A program made the translations under genes and the position numbers. Below, piece by piece: positions 26,144 through 34,163 of a stretch of 45,460 nucleotides of DNA. The stretch spans positions 1 through 45,460 of the forward strand of contig JAJXTW010000001.1 in NCBI GenBank assembly GCA_021783455.1, read 5' to 3'. The stretch's first letter is position 1. The number at the start of each line of letters is the position of its first letter. The notes below the pieces were generated by a model. The model was not told where the DNA came from, ran no database searches, and saw only the letters and a program-made list of their open reading frames with translations. Source of the stretch: Nitrospirota bacterium. Its GTDB lineage: Bacteria; Nitrospirota; UBA9217.

Positions 26144-26446
26144 CTATAGCCAGGCCGTCTTTTCGTAATCATTCATGATCAGGTCGACGATGTCGCCGTA
26201 ACTGACTATTTTTACTTTTGAATTGACATTCGCGGCTGTGAACCCTCGTGTCGTCAGATCGTCGGACAATACGTAAAAGTTCGCACCGGATTTGGAAAGC
26301 ACAGGGGAATCCTTGCCGTTCTCTTTCACGACAGCATGATAGACGCCGTTCCCCACAAGGATCACTCCCATTTTTTCGGCCTTCATTCTTTCAAAGCTGT
26401 CTTCTGTTCTTCTCCAGTCGCTTAGAAATACCGCTAGTTTCATCAT
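26144..26446 (-). CDS. DsrH/TusB-like protein
   Basis: 100 aa. It contains VILVGNGVY and FYVLSDDLTTRGF and has a C-terminal ..KTAWL typical of TusB/DsrH. There is no Cys in the whole protein. GGGGAGGTGAG lies upstream. Confidence 0.65.
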   Translation of the reverse strand: MMKLAVFLSDWRRTEDSFERMKAEKMGVILVGNGVYHAVVKENGKDSPVLSKSGANFYVLSDDLTTRGFTAANVNSKVKIVSYGDIVDLIMNDYEKTAWL

Positions 26447-26472
26447 CTCACCTCCCCAGAGAAATTCATGAT

Positions 26473-26508
26473 AAAAAAACAGGGGATTAGTTATTCAACT
26501 ATCCCCTG
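26473..26508 (-). terminator. intrinsic terminator after ferredoxin copy 2
   Basis: The reverse strand reads CAGGGGAT-(13-nt loop)-ATCCCCTG followed by T7. The T-run ends only 26 nt before the DsrH-like ATG (26446). Confidence 0.7.
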
Positions 26509-26530
26509 GGTATGACTGCTCGTTACCGCA

Positions 26531-26716
26531 TTATATCTCGGCAACCGTGATCGCCTGCTGCGGACAGTTCTCAGCGCAGGTCAGGCAATTAATGCATTCC
26601 GACATGTTCACCGGCTCGGCCTTACCGCCGTCCAGTTTAAACACAGACTGCGGACAGACGTTGACGCAGGTGCCGTCACCATCGCATTTCCCTTTGTCGA
26701 CTGTTACCATGTACAT
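26531..26716 (-). CDS. small 7-Cys ferredoxin, CxxDxxC type (copy 2)
   Basis: 61 aa, identical to copy 1 at 57 of 61 residues (differences E29D, Q45L, V48A, N59A). GAGGAGGAAG lies upstream. Confidence 0.9.
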   Translation of the reverse strand: MYMVTVDKGKCDGDGTCVNVCPQSVFKLDGGKAEPVNMSECINCLTCAENCPQQAITVAEI

Positions 26717-26925
26717 GGTGATTACTTCCTCCTCACAATTACATTAGATACGCGAGCCTGCCGTTTTTCCCTTGAACCCAAGCGCTGCGCGTTTCAACAG
26801 CCCGGTGGTTGGGGCAGACCGCAGGGATTCGGCAGAGGTCTCTACCGGCATCGAGAAATCATCCGGCACGCTGCATTTTTGTAAATCCCTGCATGGGCGG
26901 GGCAGGGGATCAAGCGGAGCAGATA

Positions 26926-27261
26926 CTATACGCAACCGGTCGGCTTCGGAAGACCGGCAATTTTGCAAGCCTGCTTTGCAGGTCCGCCCGGATAGAGTTC
27001 ATAGAGATACTTGGTGTTGCCTTTTTCCGGCCCAAGCTTCTTGCCGATTTCCTTCACCAGGATTTTGATCATCGGCGCAATCTGATACTGTTTGTAATAG
27101 TCGCGGAGGAAATTCACAACTTCCCAATGCTGCTCGCTCATGTCAATGCCTTCAACCTCCGCAAAGTACTTGGCGACGTCCATGTTCCAGTCGTCCAGAT
27201 TAGCCAAGAAGCCATCCTCATCCACTTCGATATTCTTACCTTTTACTGAAATTGTTCCCAT
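26926..27261 (-). CDS. dsrC: DsrC (sulfite reductase-associated, two C-terminal redox Cys)
   Basis: 111 aa: GFLANLDDWNMDVAKYFA...HWEVVNFLRDYY...ACKIAGLPKPTGCV. Both conserved C-terminal-arm cysteines are present. Confidence 0.95.
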   Translation of the reverse strand: MGTISVKGKNIEVDEDGFLANLDDWNMDVAKYFAEVEGIDMSEQHWEVVNFLRDYYKQYQIAPMIKILVKEIGKKLGPEKGNTKYLYELYPGGPAKQACKIAGLPKPTGCV

Positions 27262-27380
27262 TTTCCTGTCCCCTTTCGTTAAATTAGTCGGGTGCCTTCC
27301 AGCTCCCTCATCATGATGTTCCCAGCTTCTGTCCTGACTTCCCTTATGATTTGCCCTCTAAAATCCGGCGCTGCAGCCTG

Positions 27381-27746
27381 TTATGCAGGTTTCCGTTTCA
27401 CTTTCAAAAAATACAGCCGTCCATCTCCATCCATAAACCCCCGGCTGATGCCGGTAGAACGGTGTGTCCGCAGGTCGTAATTGAGCACTGCATCTTCGTA
27501 GTCTTCTCCGGCAACCATATCTGACAGGTCTTTTCCAATCTGATCCGCTGCCAGGGCGAGAGCCTGCATCATCACTTCTCCCACATTCTTGCTCGTGGGG
27601 TCCGCGATGTAGAATGCGCCACAGACGGCGCACGTGCCGCCCGATATGCTTTCCATGGTGCTTATTTTGATCGTCGCCGGGCGTTCGAACTTTGTCCGAC
27701 AAAACGGACAAACGGGTTCAACTCCTTCTCGTGCTCCAGACCTCAA
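27381..27746 (-). CDS. hypothetical Cys4 zinc-ribbon protein between dsrN and dsrC
   Basis: The ORF is open from 27821. The first start that does not overlap dsrN is the TTG at 27746 (about 121 aa). It contains CPFC-x27-CAVC, then an acidic helical region and a C-terminal GRLYFLKVKRK. I recognise no family. Confidence 0.5.
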   Translation of the reverse strand: MRSGAREGVEPVCPFCRTKFERPATIKISTMESISGGTCAVCGAFYIADPTSKNVGEVMMQALALAADQIGKDLSDMVAGEDYEDAVLNYDLRTHRSTGISRGFMDGDGRLYFLKVKRKPA

Positions 27747-27760
27747 AAATACCTGCTTTC

Positions 27761-29155
27761 TTATGCGCGGTGTTTCCGTGCATGATGTTCCTCTGCCCTT
27801 TTCACCATAGCAGGAGCCCATTCTGGCGTGCCCACGGCATGCAGATGCGTATAGGAAGCCAACACATTCTTATACACGATGCCGTCGTTCTTCCCGTCTA
27901 TCCCGCTGCCTCGTGCGACATGATACGCCATCGGCGGCAGTGCGTCAAGATTTGAAACCCGTGAATAATGAAATTCATGCCCGCGAATGCCCACTCCGCT
28001 GCCGAGGAATGGGCTGTTGCGTCCGGTTTCTAATACCGTGTATCCATGCGCTTGCGGTCGTTTCTCAAGGATAAAATCGAGCGGCAATACCGCAGCCATG
28101 GCATATCGTTTACCTTCTGCAGTAAGGCTTCGGCCGAGATAGATCAGGCCGCCGCACTCGGCATAAATGGGCAAGCCATTTTCTGCGGCGTTTCTTACTG
28201 AGGCGCAAAACCCCCCATTTGCGGCCAGTTCTGCGGCCTGTGTCTCGGGAAATCCGCCGCCGATGTAGAGAGCATCGATATCATCGGGCAGCAGTCCGTC
28301 TTTTAAAGCGTTTATTTCCTTGAGAACCGCTCCGTGTCGCTCAAGCTCCTCGAGATTGTCCGGGTAGTAGAATTGAAATGCCTTGTCCCTTACTACACCG
28401 ATAACGACCCGCTTTCCTTCCGGAGGTAGCTCTGATTGTTCGTTTCTTAGGCTCTCAATCTCCGGTGCGGTACAAGCCATTTCCCAGATTGCATCAAGAT
28501 CGAGATATTGCTCGGCGATTGCCGCCGAAGCTTGAATCGCCTGTTCTACTTCGGGGTGTTCGTGAAACGGCGTCAATCCCATATGTCGTTCGGGAAATTC
28601 GCCATGCCGTTGTTTGGGAACGGCACCAAAAACGGGAAGGCCGCTGCTCCCCGCGATGGCCTTCCTGATGACGTTTTCATGACGTCCTGATGAAACGTTG
28701 TTTAAAATGATTCCGCCGATTGCAACATCGGCATCATACTGTTGCAGTCCCAGAACAACCGCCGCAACTGTCGCCGACGCCTTCGTGCCGTCTACGATCA
28801 AAGCAACAGGTGTCTTCAGCAGTTTTGACAACCGGGCCGTACTGTATGATCCTGATTCATCAACTCCGTCATATAGCCCGCGATTGCCTTCGATGATCGC
28901 AGCATCTACTCCGGCTGCATGTTCCACAAACGACTTGCGAATGCGGTCCTGATCCATCATAAACAGATCAAGATTGTAACAGGACCTGCCTGCAGCAACT
29001 CCGAGCCAGCCAGCATCGATAAAGTCCGGGCCTTTCTTAAAAACAGCAATCTGCCGGCCCTTGTTCCGCCAGGCTGCAGTTATGCCGATCGAGAAAGTTG
29101 TCTTTCCCAGACCGCCGCGGGTGGCTGAGATTGCCAGCCTCGGGATAGCCTGCAT
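27761..29155 (-). CDS. dsrN: DsrN (cobyrinic acid a,c-diamide synthase family; sirohaem amidase)
   Basis: 464 aa. It has a CbiA N-terminal P-loop (ISATRGGLGKTTFSIG) and a C-terminal glutamine amidotransferase domain (YAECGGLIYL, GHEFHYS). The TAATG junction links it to dsrD. Confidence 0.9.
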   Translation of the reverse strand: MQAIPRLAISATRGGLGKTTFSIGITAAWRNKGRQIAVFKKGPDFIDAGWLGVAAGRSCYNLDLFMMDQDRIRKSFVEHAAGVDAAIIEGNRGLYDGVDESGSYSTARLSKLLKTPVALIVDGTKASATVAAVVLGLQQYDADVAIGGIILNNVSSGRHENVIRKAIAGSSGLPVFGAVPKQRHGEFPERHMGLTPFHEHPEVEQAIQASAAIAEQYLDLDAIWEMACTAPEIESLRNEQSELPPEGKRVVIGVVRDKAFQFYYPDNLEELERHGAVLKEINALKDGLLPDDIDALYIGGGFPETQAAELAANGGFCASVRNAAENGLPIYAECGGLIYLGRSLTAEGKRYAMAAVLPLDFILEKRPQAHGYTVLETGRNSPFLGSGVGIRGHEFHYSRVSNLDALPPMAYHVARGSGIDGKNDGIVYKNVLASYTHLHAVGTPEWAPAMVKRAEEHHARKHRA

Positions 29156-29391
29156 TACGATTGAGGATTGGCCGAACCTTCCGTGTGCGGGATCTCGACA
29201 GCAGTACCGCCGAAGTATGAATAGACAAGCTTGCCGCCGTCTATCAGCTCACGAAGAGCGGCTTTCACCTCTTCTTTTGTCGCGCCCTCGGCCTCCAGAG
29301 CATTGCTGATGTCCTTGGGCTTCAGCTTCTTTTTGCCCTGCATCTTTTCCACCATCTCATATACTTTTTTCTGCACTTCCGCAGCGTCCAT
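29155..29391 (-). CDS. dsrD: DsrD (small winged-helix protein of reductive dsr loci)
   Basis: 78 aa and Lys-rich (GKKKLKPKDISNAL), with ..GKLVYSYFGGTAVE resembling the DsrD ..EYWSSGSTT region. It sits directly after dsrB. Confidence 0.8.
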   Translation of the reverse strand: MDAAEVQKKVYEMVEKMQGKKKLKPKDISNALEAEGATKEEVKAALRELIDGGKLVYSYFGGTAVEIPHTEGSANPQS

Positions 29392-29424
29392 AGTCGTCCT
29401 CCAGGTGAGTTGTATACAACATGT

Positions 29425-29457
29425 AAACCGGCCCCGGATTCATCCAGGGCCGGTTTT
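29425..29457 (-). other. intercistronic GC-rich stem-loop between dsrB and dsrD
   Basis: AACCGGCCC-(12-nt loop)-GGGCCGGTT, a 9-bp perfect stem. On the coding (reverse) strand only TTT follows it. Confidence 0.5.
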
Positions 29458-29477
29458 ATATTACACCTTTTACACCA

Positions 29478-30551
29478 TTATTCCCACTTGAACGTCGGAG
29501 TCATTCTGAATGTATCGCGAGCAAAGGTGAAATCGTCAATGTGCTGATAGGTGAACGGGATGCCGGTGAGCTTGAAGAACCGCTCCCAGCCGATACGCTC
29601 GATCCATTCGCCCATACGCTCGTGCTTGCGCGCATCCTTTGCGTAGACCTCCACGATGTGCTTCACCGCCTGCACAACCTCGGGCCAGCGGGGCGGATTG
29701 TTCGGGAGAAAAGGGATGGCCAGCTTGGACATGCGAGGCACGCCGCGGGCGTTCGAAACCTTGCCGCCCACATAGATGGAGATGCCGTCGCCGTGAGCAT
29801 CGGCCAGGGGGAGCGAGGGGCACATGGTATAGCAGTTGCCGCAGTACATGCAGCGCTCTTCTTTGATCTTGACCGACTTCGCTGCCGGGTTAGGCGCAAT
29901 AGCGCCGGTCGGGCAGGAAGCGATGGTCGTTGGGATCTCGCACTGGTTCGCAATGGTCGCTTCGTTCACCTTCGGGGGCTTGCGGTGAATGCCGAGGATG
30001 GCGATGTCGGAGCAATGCACCGCGCCGCACATGTTAAGGCAGCAGGCCAGGGCGATCCTGACGCGCGCCGGCAGAGTCTTGGTGGTGAAATACTCATGGA
30101 GTTCATCCATGACGGCCTTCACCACACCCGAAGCGTCGGTTGCAGGAGTGTGGCAGTGGATCCAACCCTGGGTATGCACCACATTGCTGATGCCGTATCC
30201 GATGCCGCCGACGAGGTGTCCGTCCTTCTTGAGCGCTGTCTTGAGCGGCTCGACCTGGTCCTTCGCAGGAAAGAATTCGACGTTGTGACGGGTCGTCCAA
30301 CGCAGATGGCCGCCGCTGAATTTGTCGGCGTACGCGCACATCTCGCGAACGTAATCGGTGCTGACGAGACGGGGTGTTGCTATGCGCACGGTGTACAGTT
30401 CGTCTCCGGTCTCGGAAACGTGCTTCATCGTGCCTTTATCGATAACTTCATGATATTTCCATTTCCCGTAGTTTTTTGCGATCACGGGAGGCAAAAATTT
30501 GCTAAAGTGAGGAGCTCCAATATCAGTTATTCTCTTCGGTTTGTCAGCCAT
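29478..30551 (-). CDS. dsrB: dissimilatory sulfite reductase beta subunit
   Basis: 357 aa. Features are [32 protein letters not shown] and a ferredoxin insert ([18 protein letters not shown]). Confidence 0.95.
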   Translation of the reverse strand: MADKPKRITDIGAPHFSKFLPPVIAKNYGKWKYHEVIDKGTMKHVSETGDELYTVRIATPRLVSTDYVREMCAYADKFSGGHLRWTTRHNVEFFPAKDQVEPLKTALKKDGHLVGGIGYGISNVVHTQGWIHCHTPATDASGVVKAVMDELHEYFTTKTLPARVRIALACCLNMCGAVHCSDIAILGIHRKPPKVNEATIANQCEIPTTIASCPTGAIAPNPAAKSVKIKEERCMYCGNCYTMCPSLPLADAHGDGISIYVGGKVSNARGVPRMSKLAIPFLPNNPPRWPEVVQAVKHIVEVYAKDARKHERMGEWIERIGWERFFKLTGIPFTYQHIDDFTFARDTFRMTPTFKWE

Positions 30552-30571
30552 TCTAAGTTATCCTCCTTAAG

Positions 30572-31750
30572 TTATTTCACGTCTTCCGGTGACCAGAACA
30601 CGTACGGGTTCGACCTCGGGGCTTTCACCATCTGCGGCACGGGCGGCAGGCCGGTTGATTCAAGCATGGACCTCATGCCCATGCGGTCGACCAGTTCGCC
30701 GATACGTTCGCGGTTCTTGCCATGCTCGTCCCACCACTCCCAGAGCTTGCGGATCAGGTCTTCGATGTTGTCGAACGGCTTTTCAAGTTTCATAAAGGGA
30801 ACAATAACCCAGCTCATGAGAGCGCCGGTCACGATCGGGGCCTTGCCGCCGAGCATGATGGTCGCGCCTTTTTCCTTGCCCGGGCGGAGTGCCTTGGGCA
30901 TGCGGTTGATGCAATGCATGCAGCGGGTGCAATCCTTGTTGTTGATCTTGAGTGTGCTTCCGTCCCAGCTCATGCAGTGGGTCGGGCACATATCGCACAC
31001 TTCGGTCTTGATGTCCATGTCCTTGGAGCAGTTCTTCACCTCTGCCTGGTCGATACGGATATCGTCACGCCAAGTGCCGATGATGGACATGTCGGCGCGG
31101 GCAATGGCGGCGGTGCAGTCGTTGGCGCAGCCCGAAACTTTGATTTTAAACTTGTAGGGGAATGCAGGACGATGGAGCTCATCCTGGAACTTGTGAGTAA
31201 GCGTATCGCAGATTTCCATCGAGTCGATGTTTGAAAACTCGCAACGGGAATTGCCCACGCAGCAGCTCGGAGTGCGGAGGCAGGAACCGGAACCGCCGAG
31301 GTCCCAGCCCTTTGCCGTGGTTTCGGCAAAAATGGCCTCGAGCTTGTCGGTTTGCGTGCCGAGGAGCACCAGGTCGCCGGTGGACCCGTGCATGTTCGTC
31401 AGTCCGCTGCCATATTTGTCCCAGATATCCATGAGCTCGCGCAGCGCGTTTGAAGTATAATAATTTCCCGCAGGCTGGTTGATACGGACCGTATGGAAAT
31501 GAGCAACACCCGGATATTCTTCCGGCAGGTCGCAGTAACGGCCGATAACGCCGCCGCCGTAACCGAGAACGCCCACGATACCGCCGTGCTTCCAGTGGGT
31601 AACTTTATCTCTATACGACCTCTCAAGGATATTGAGCAGATCTTTCGCCGTATTACTCTTTACTGCGGCTTTTTTAATCTCCTTTACGAAACTCGGCCAT
31701 GCGCCTTTTTCCAGGTCGTCTAGCATCGGTGTCTTGCCATCTTTGCTCAT
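30572..31750 (-). CDS. dsrA: dissimilatory sulfite reductase alpha subunit
   Basis: 392 aa. Features are HWKHGGIVGV, the sirohaem/Fe-S Cys motifs CLRTPSCC and GCANDC, and a ferredoxin insert (CDMCPTHC, CTRCMHCINRMP). AAGGAGG lies upstream. Confidence 0.95.
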   Translation of the reverse strand: MSKDGKTPMLDDLEKGAWPSFVKEIKKAAVKSNTAKDLLNILERSYRDKVTHWKHGGIVGVLGYGGGVIGRYCDLPEEYPGVAHFHTVRINQPAGNYYTSNALRELMDIWDKYGSGLTNMHGSTGDLVLLGTQTDKLEAIFAETTAKGWDLGGSGSCLRTPSCCVGNSRCEFSNIDSMEICDTLTHKFQDELHRPAFPYKFKIKVSGCANDCTAAIARADMSIIGTWRDDIRIDQAEVKNCSKDMDIKTEVCDMCPTHCMSWDGSTLKINNKDCTRCMHCINRMPKALRPGKEKGATIMLGGKAPIVTGALMSWVIVPFMKLEKPFDNIEDLIRKLWEWWDEHGKNRERIGELVDRMGMRSMLESTGLPPVPQMVKAPRSNPYVFWSPEDVK

Positions 31751-31926
31751 CAGGAAATCCTCCTTATAGATTTATCTCACGAATTATGTGAACTGCTCAT
31801 TGAGACGCTTGTGCTTTACTAAACTGATACGGATCTTAACAATTCTCATTCCTCATGCGCCCTCCAAAGCTGCAGAGAGTACTTTATCTGTCTCTAAGGT
31901 GAAGCGGTCCCCCTTTCTGAAATAAA

Positions 31927-31955
31927 ATTGTAGAAATGTAAAAAATTAAGACCAA
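31927..31955 (-). promoter_or_regulatory. candidate sigma-70 promoter for dsrA (TTGGTC-N17-TACAAT)
   Basis: The reverse strand reads ccaccTTGGTC-ttaattttttacatttc-TACAATttt. It would give a leader of about 170 nt. It is the only reasonable -35/-10 pair I found within 300 nt of dsrA. Confidence 0.25.
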
Positions 31956-32828
31956 GGTGGGTTCAAATTAATGGCAATCGTTTCTGTTTATTTAACTTTG
32001 CCTGCTGCTTTTTTTATTATTACGCTATTTTAGATTTAAGACGCTGAGACATGAGATTGTATGTGCACAACCCATATTAGTCAAATAAAAAAAACTAATC
32101 GTACCATAACTTCGCGTAATTATCACAGTTTAGAATATGACAAAAACAATCAAATAAATACAATAACTTATACTAGCAAAATACTCATGCAGATAGGCAT
32201 GTTTCATTTGCAAGTAGCCTGCCATCGGGCTATTCATAAATTATGAACTTAAACCATTTATTAATCATAATCTTAGATTTAATAATAATTATGCTTATCC
32301 GGTCAACGCATCAAACGGGTAATTTTACCAGAACAGCAAAAAACCAAAATGAAACTATAATGTTAAGGCTTCTTTCTGAACGCTTTATCCAGAAAGAAAC
32401 TGGTTGGACTAAGCCGTTGCGCGCCACGTCGCTATGGGATTTCAAATGATTAGCCGCCAAGCAAATCCAATAACCGACAAGGTGAAATCATGATACGACA
32501 AACGGTCTTCGGGTTCAAGATAGGAAAAACGAGCGAAACACTGACCGCCCAGAGTGAGGTAGGATGTCAATAGTAGACACCAAGCCCTTCATGCTGCCAG
32601 TTGCCCGGCGTAGAACTTTTTTACATAAGCCACAGGGGAAAGAGGCATCGCAGGATCAGTGCGCCTGATTGGGGAATTTGAGCGAAAAAGTCCCCGCGAA
32701 AAGAGACCGGGCTGCTCTTTGAGGTTGTTGTGAGATCAAGGAGGGCGAGCGGGTTTCAAAAACCGGTCGCAGACGCTTCAAGAGGGCCTGCTCATTTTCT
32801 ATCGCTGCTCTTGGGCTTGGGACCCCGA

Positions 32829-32857
32829 TTGACACTCTCAATCACTTCTGATACTAT
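32829..32857 (+). promoter_or_regulatory. sigma-70 promoter for osmC (TTGACA-N17-TACTAT)
   Basis: A consensus -35, an exact 17-nt spacer and a 4/6 -10. It lies 47 nt upstream of the ATG at 32904, which has a GGAGAAAC Shine-Dalgarno. Confidence 0.55.
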
Positions 32858-32903
32858 ATGGCTTCAATTTCATTACACGCCAATAATTTGGGAGAAACAT
32901 ATT

Positions 32904-33323
32904 ATGATCGAAGCAAAAGTGACCCTTGTAAAGGATATGACATTTACCGGGAAGGCGACATCCGGCCATACACTGTCCATGGATGCGGACGAGGCATCGG
33001 GTGGCCACAACGCCGGATTCAGGCCGATGGAATTGCTGCTCGTCGGTTTTGGTGGCTGCTCCGGTATGGACGTGATTTCCATACTCAGAAAAAAACGTCA
33101 GCAAGTTTCGGGTCTGAAAATCAACGTAAAAGGCGAAAAGACTGAGGACTATCCCAAAATCTACAAGGAAGTACACATAGAGTACATCGTGAAAGGCAAA
33201 GGCGTCGAGAAAGAAGCCGTGGAACGGGCAATCAAATTGTCGCTCGAAAAGTATTGTTCGGTCGGCGCTACGCTGGCGAAAGCAGGGACCATTACGCACA
33301 GTTACAAAATCGTGGAAGAATAA
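32904..33323 (+). CDS. osmC: OsmC/Ohr-family peroxiredoxin-like protein
   Basis: 139 aa from the internal ATG. It contains GFRPMELLLVGFGGCSGMDVISIL and LEKYCSVGATL, the two conserved OsmC cysteines. The track ORF start (32730) lies upstream of the promoter. Confidence 0.9.
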   Translation: MIEAKVTLVKDMTFTGKATSGHTLSMDADEASGGHNAGFRPMELLLVGFGGCSGMDVISILRKKRQQVSGLKINVKGEKTEDYPKIYKEVHIEYIVKGKGVEKEAVERAIKLSLEKYCSVGATLAKAGTITHSYKIVEE

Positions 33324-33392
33324 TGTCCGACATCGCGTACCTCGCGGCACTAACCGCTCGGGGTAAGCATCATCGAAGTGTCGTTTCTGAAT

Positions 33393-34058
33393 TCAGCTAT
33401 TCTTCTTTTTTGCTTTGAATGTTTCCAGCTCCTTCTTCAAAGTATCGATCTGCAGCTGCAAATCAATAAAACGGTCAGCAATAGGGTCCGGTATATGAAT
33501 GTGATCGAGGAGCGCTTCATCAGGCACGCGCTCGTCCTTGATCCGTACGATCCTGCCCGGGATACCGACCACGGTAGAGTGATCCGGCACGTCCTGAAGT
33601 ACTACCGAATTTGCACCAATCTTCACATAATCACCGATTTTTATGGGGCCAAGAACTTTCGCGCCGGCGCCTACGACTACATGGTTGCCGAGCGTTGGAT
33701 GACGCTTTCCGCGCTGTTTGCCCGTCCCCCCGAGTGTAGTGCCCTGGAAAAGAGTTACATTATCGCCGATTTCCGTAGTCTCGCCAATAACGACTCCCAT
33801 GCCGTGATCGATAAATAATCCTGAGCCGATGGTCGCTCCGGGATGGATTTCAATACCTGTAATAAACCGCGCAAACTGGGAAAGCGCCCGGGGGATGAAG
33901 GGAACACGCTTTTTCCACAGCCAGTGCGCGAACCGGTAAAACAGGAGCGCATGAAACCCCGCATAGGTGAGTGCAACTTCGAGCCTGCTCGTTGCAGCGG
34001 GATCCATGGAGAGCGCCGCGCGAAAATCTCTTTTAATCTTACGAAAGGTATCGATCAT
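33393..34058 (-). CDS. cysE: serine O-acetyltransferase
   Basis: 221 aa with hexapeptide repeats ([44 protein letters not shown]). A C-terminal coiled-coil tail is present. Confidence 0.9.
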   Translation of the reverse strand: MIDTFRKIKRDFRAALSMDPAATSRLEVALTYAGFHALLFYRFAHWLWKKRVPFIPRALSQFARFITGIEIHPGATIGSGLFIDHGMGVVIGETTEIGDNVTLFQGTTLGGTGKQRGKRHPTLGNHVVVGAGAKVLGPIKIGDYVKIGANSVVLQDVPDHSTVVGIPGRIVRIKDERVPDEALLDHIHIPDPIADRFIDLQLQIDTLKKELETFKAKKKNS

Positions 34059-34163
34059 GGTTCAATTTCGGATTGCCGGTTTTGGATGGAAGATTGAATT
34101 CAGGATTTGGTCTCGGTTACCAATCTGCAATCTATAATTTAAAAAGCCGCAATCTGGTTCCCC

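Noticed and set aside
29541-31157. 538-aa plus-strand ORF spanning the dsrB/dsrA junction
   Set aside because: Its length is striking and it reads through the 20-nt dsrA-dsrB spacer. It is nevertheless antisense to two highly conserved genes, Arg/Ala/Gly/His-rich, and has no start context. I judge it a stop-codon-poor antisense frame rather than an overlapping gene. Only ribosome profiling could overturn this.
32061-32449. Two short ORFs (61 and 68 aa) inside the AT-rich region upstream of dsrA
   Set aside because: Their low-complexity Ile/Asn/Lys/Thr-rich products are typical of random ORFs in AT-rich DNA, and they have no ribosome-binding sites.
32730-32903. N-terminal extension of the osmC ORF; similar extensions occur at 41897-42013, 16909-16980, 11069-11131 and 6434-6511
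   Set aside because: The longest-ORF starts lie upstream of good promoters or lack a Shine-Dalgarno. The internal starts have strong Shine-Dalgarno sites and give N-termini matching the family (signal peptide, receiver domain, RsmD MRxxGG).
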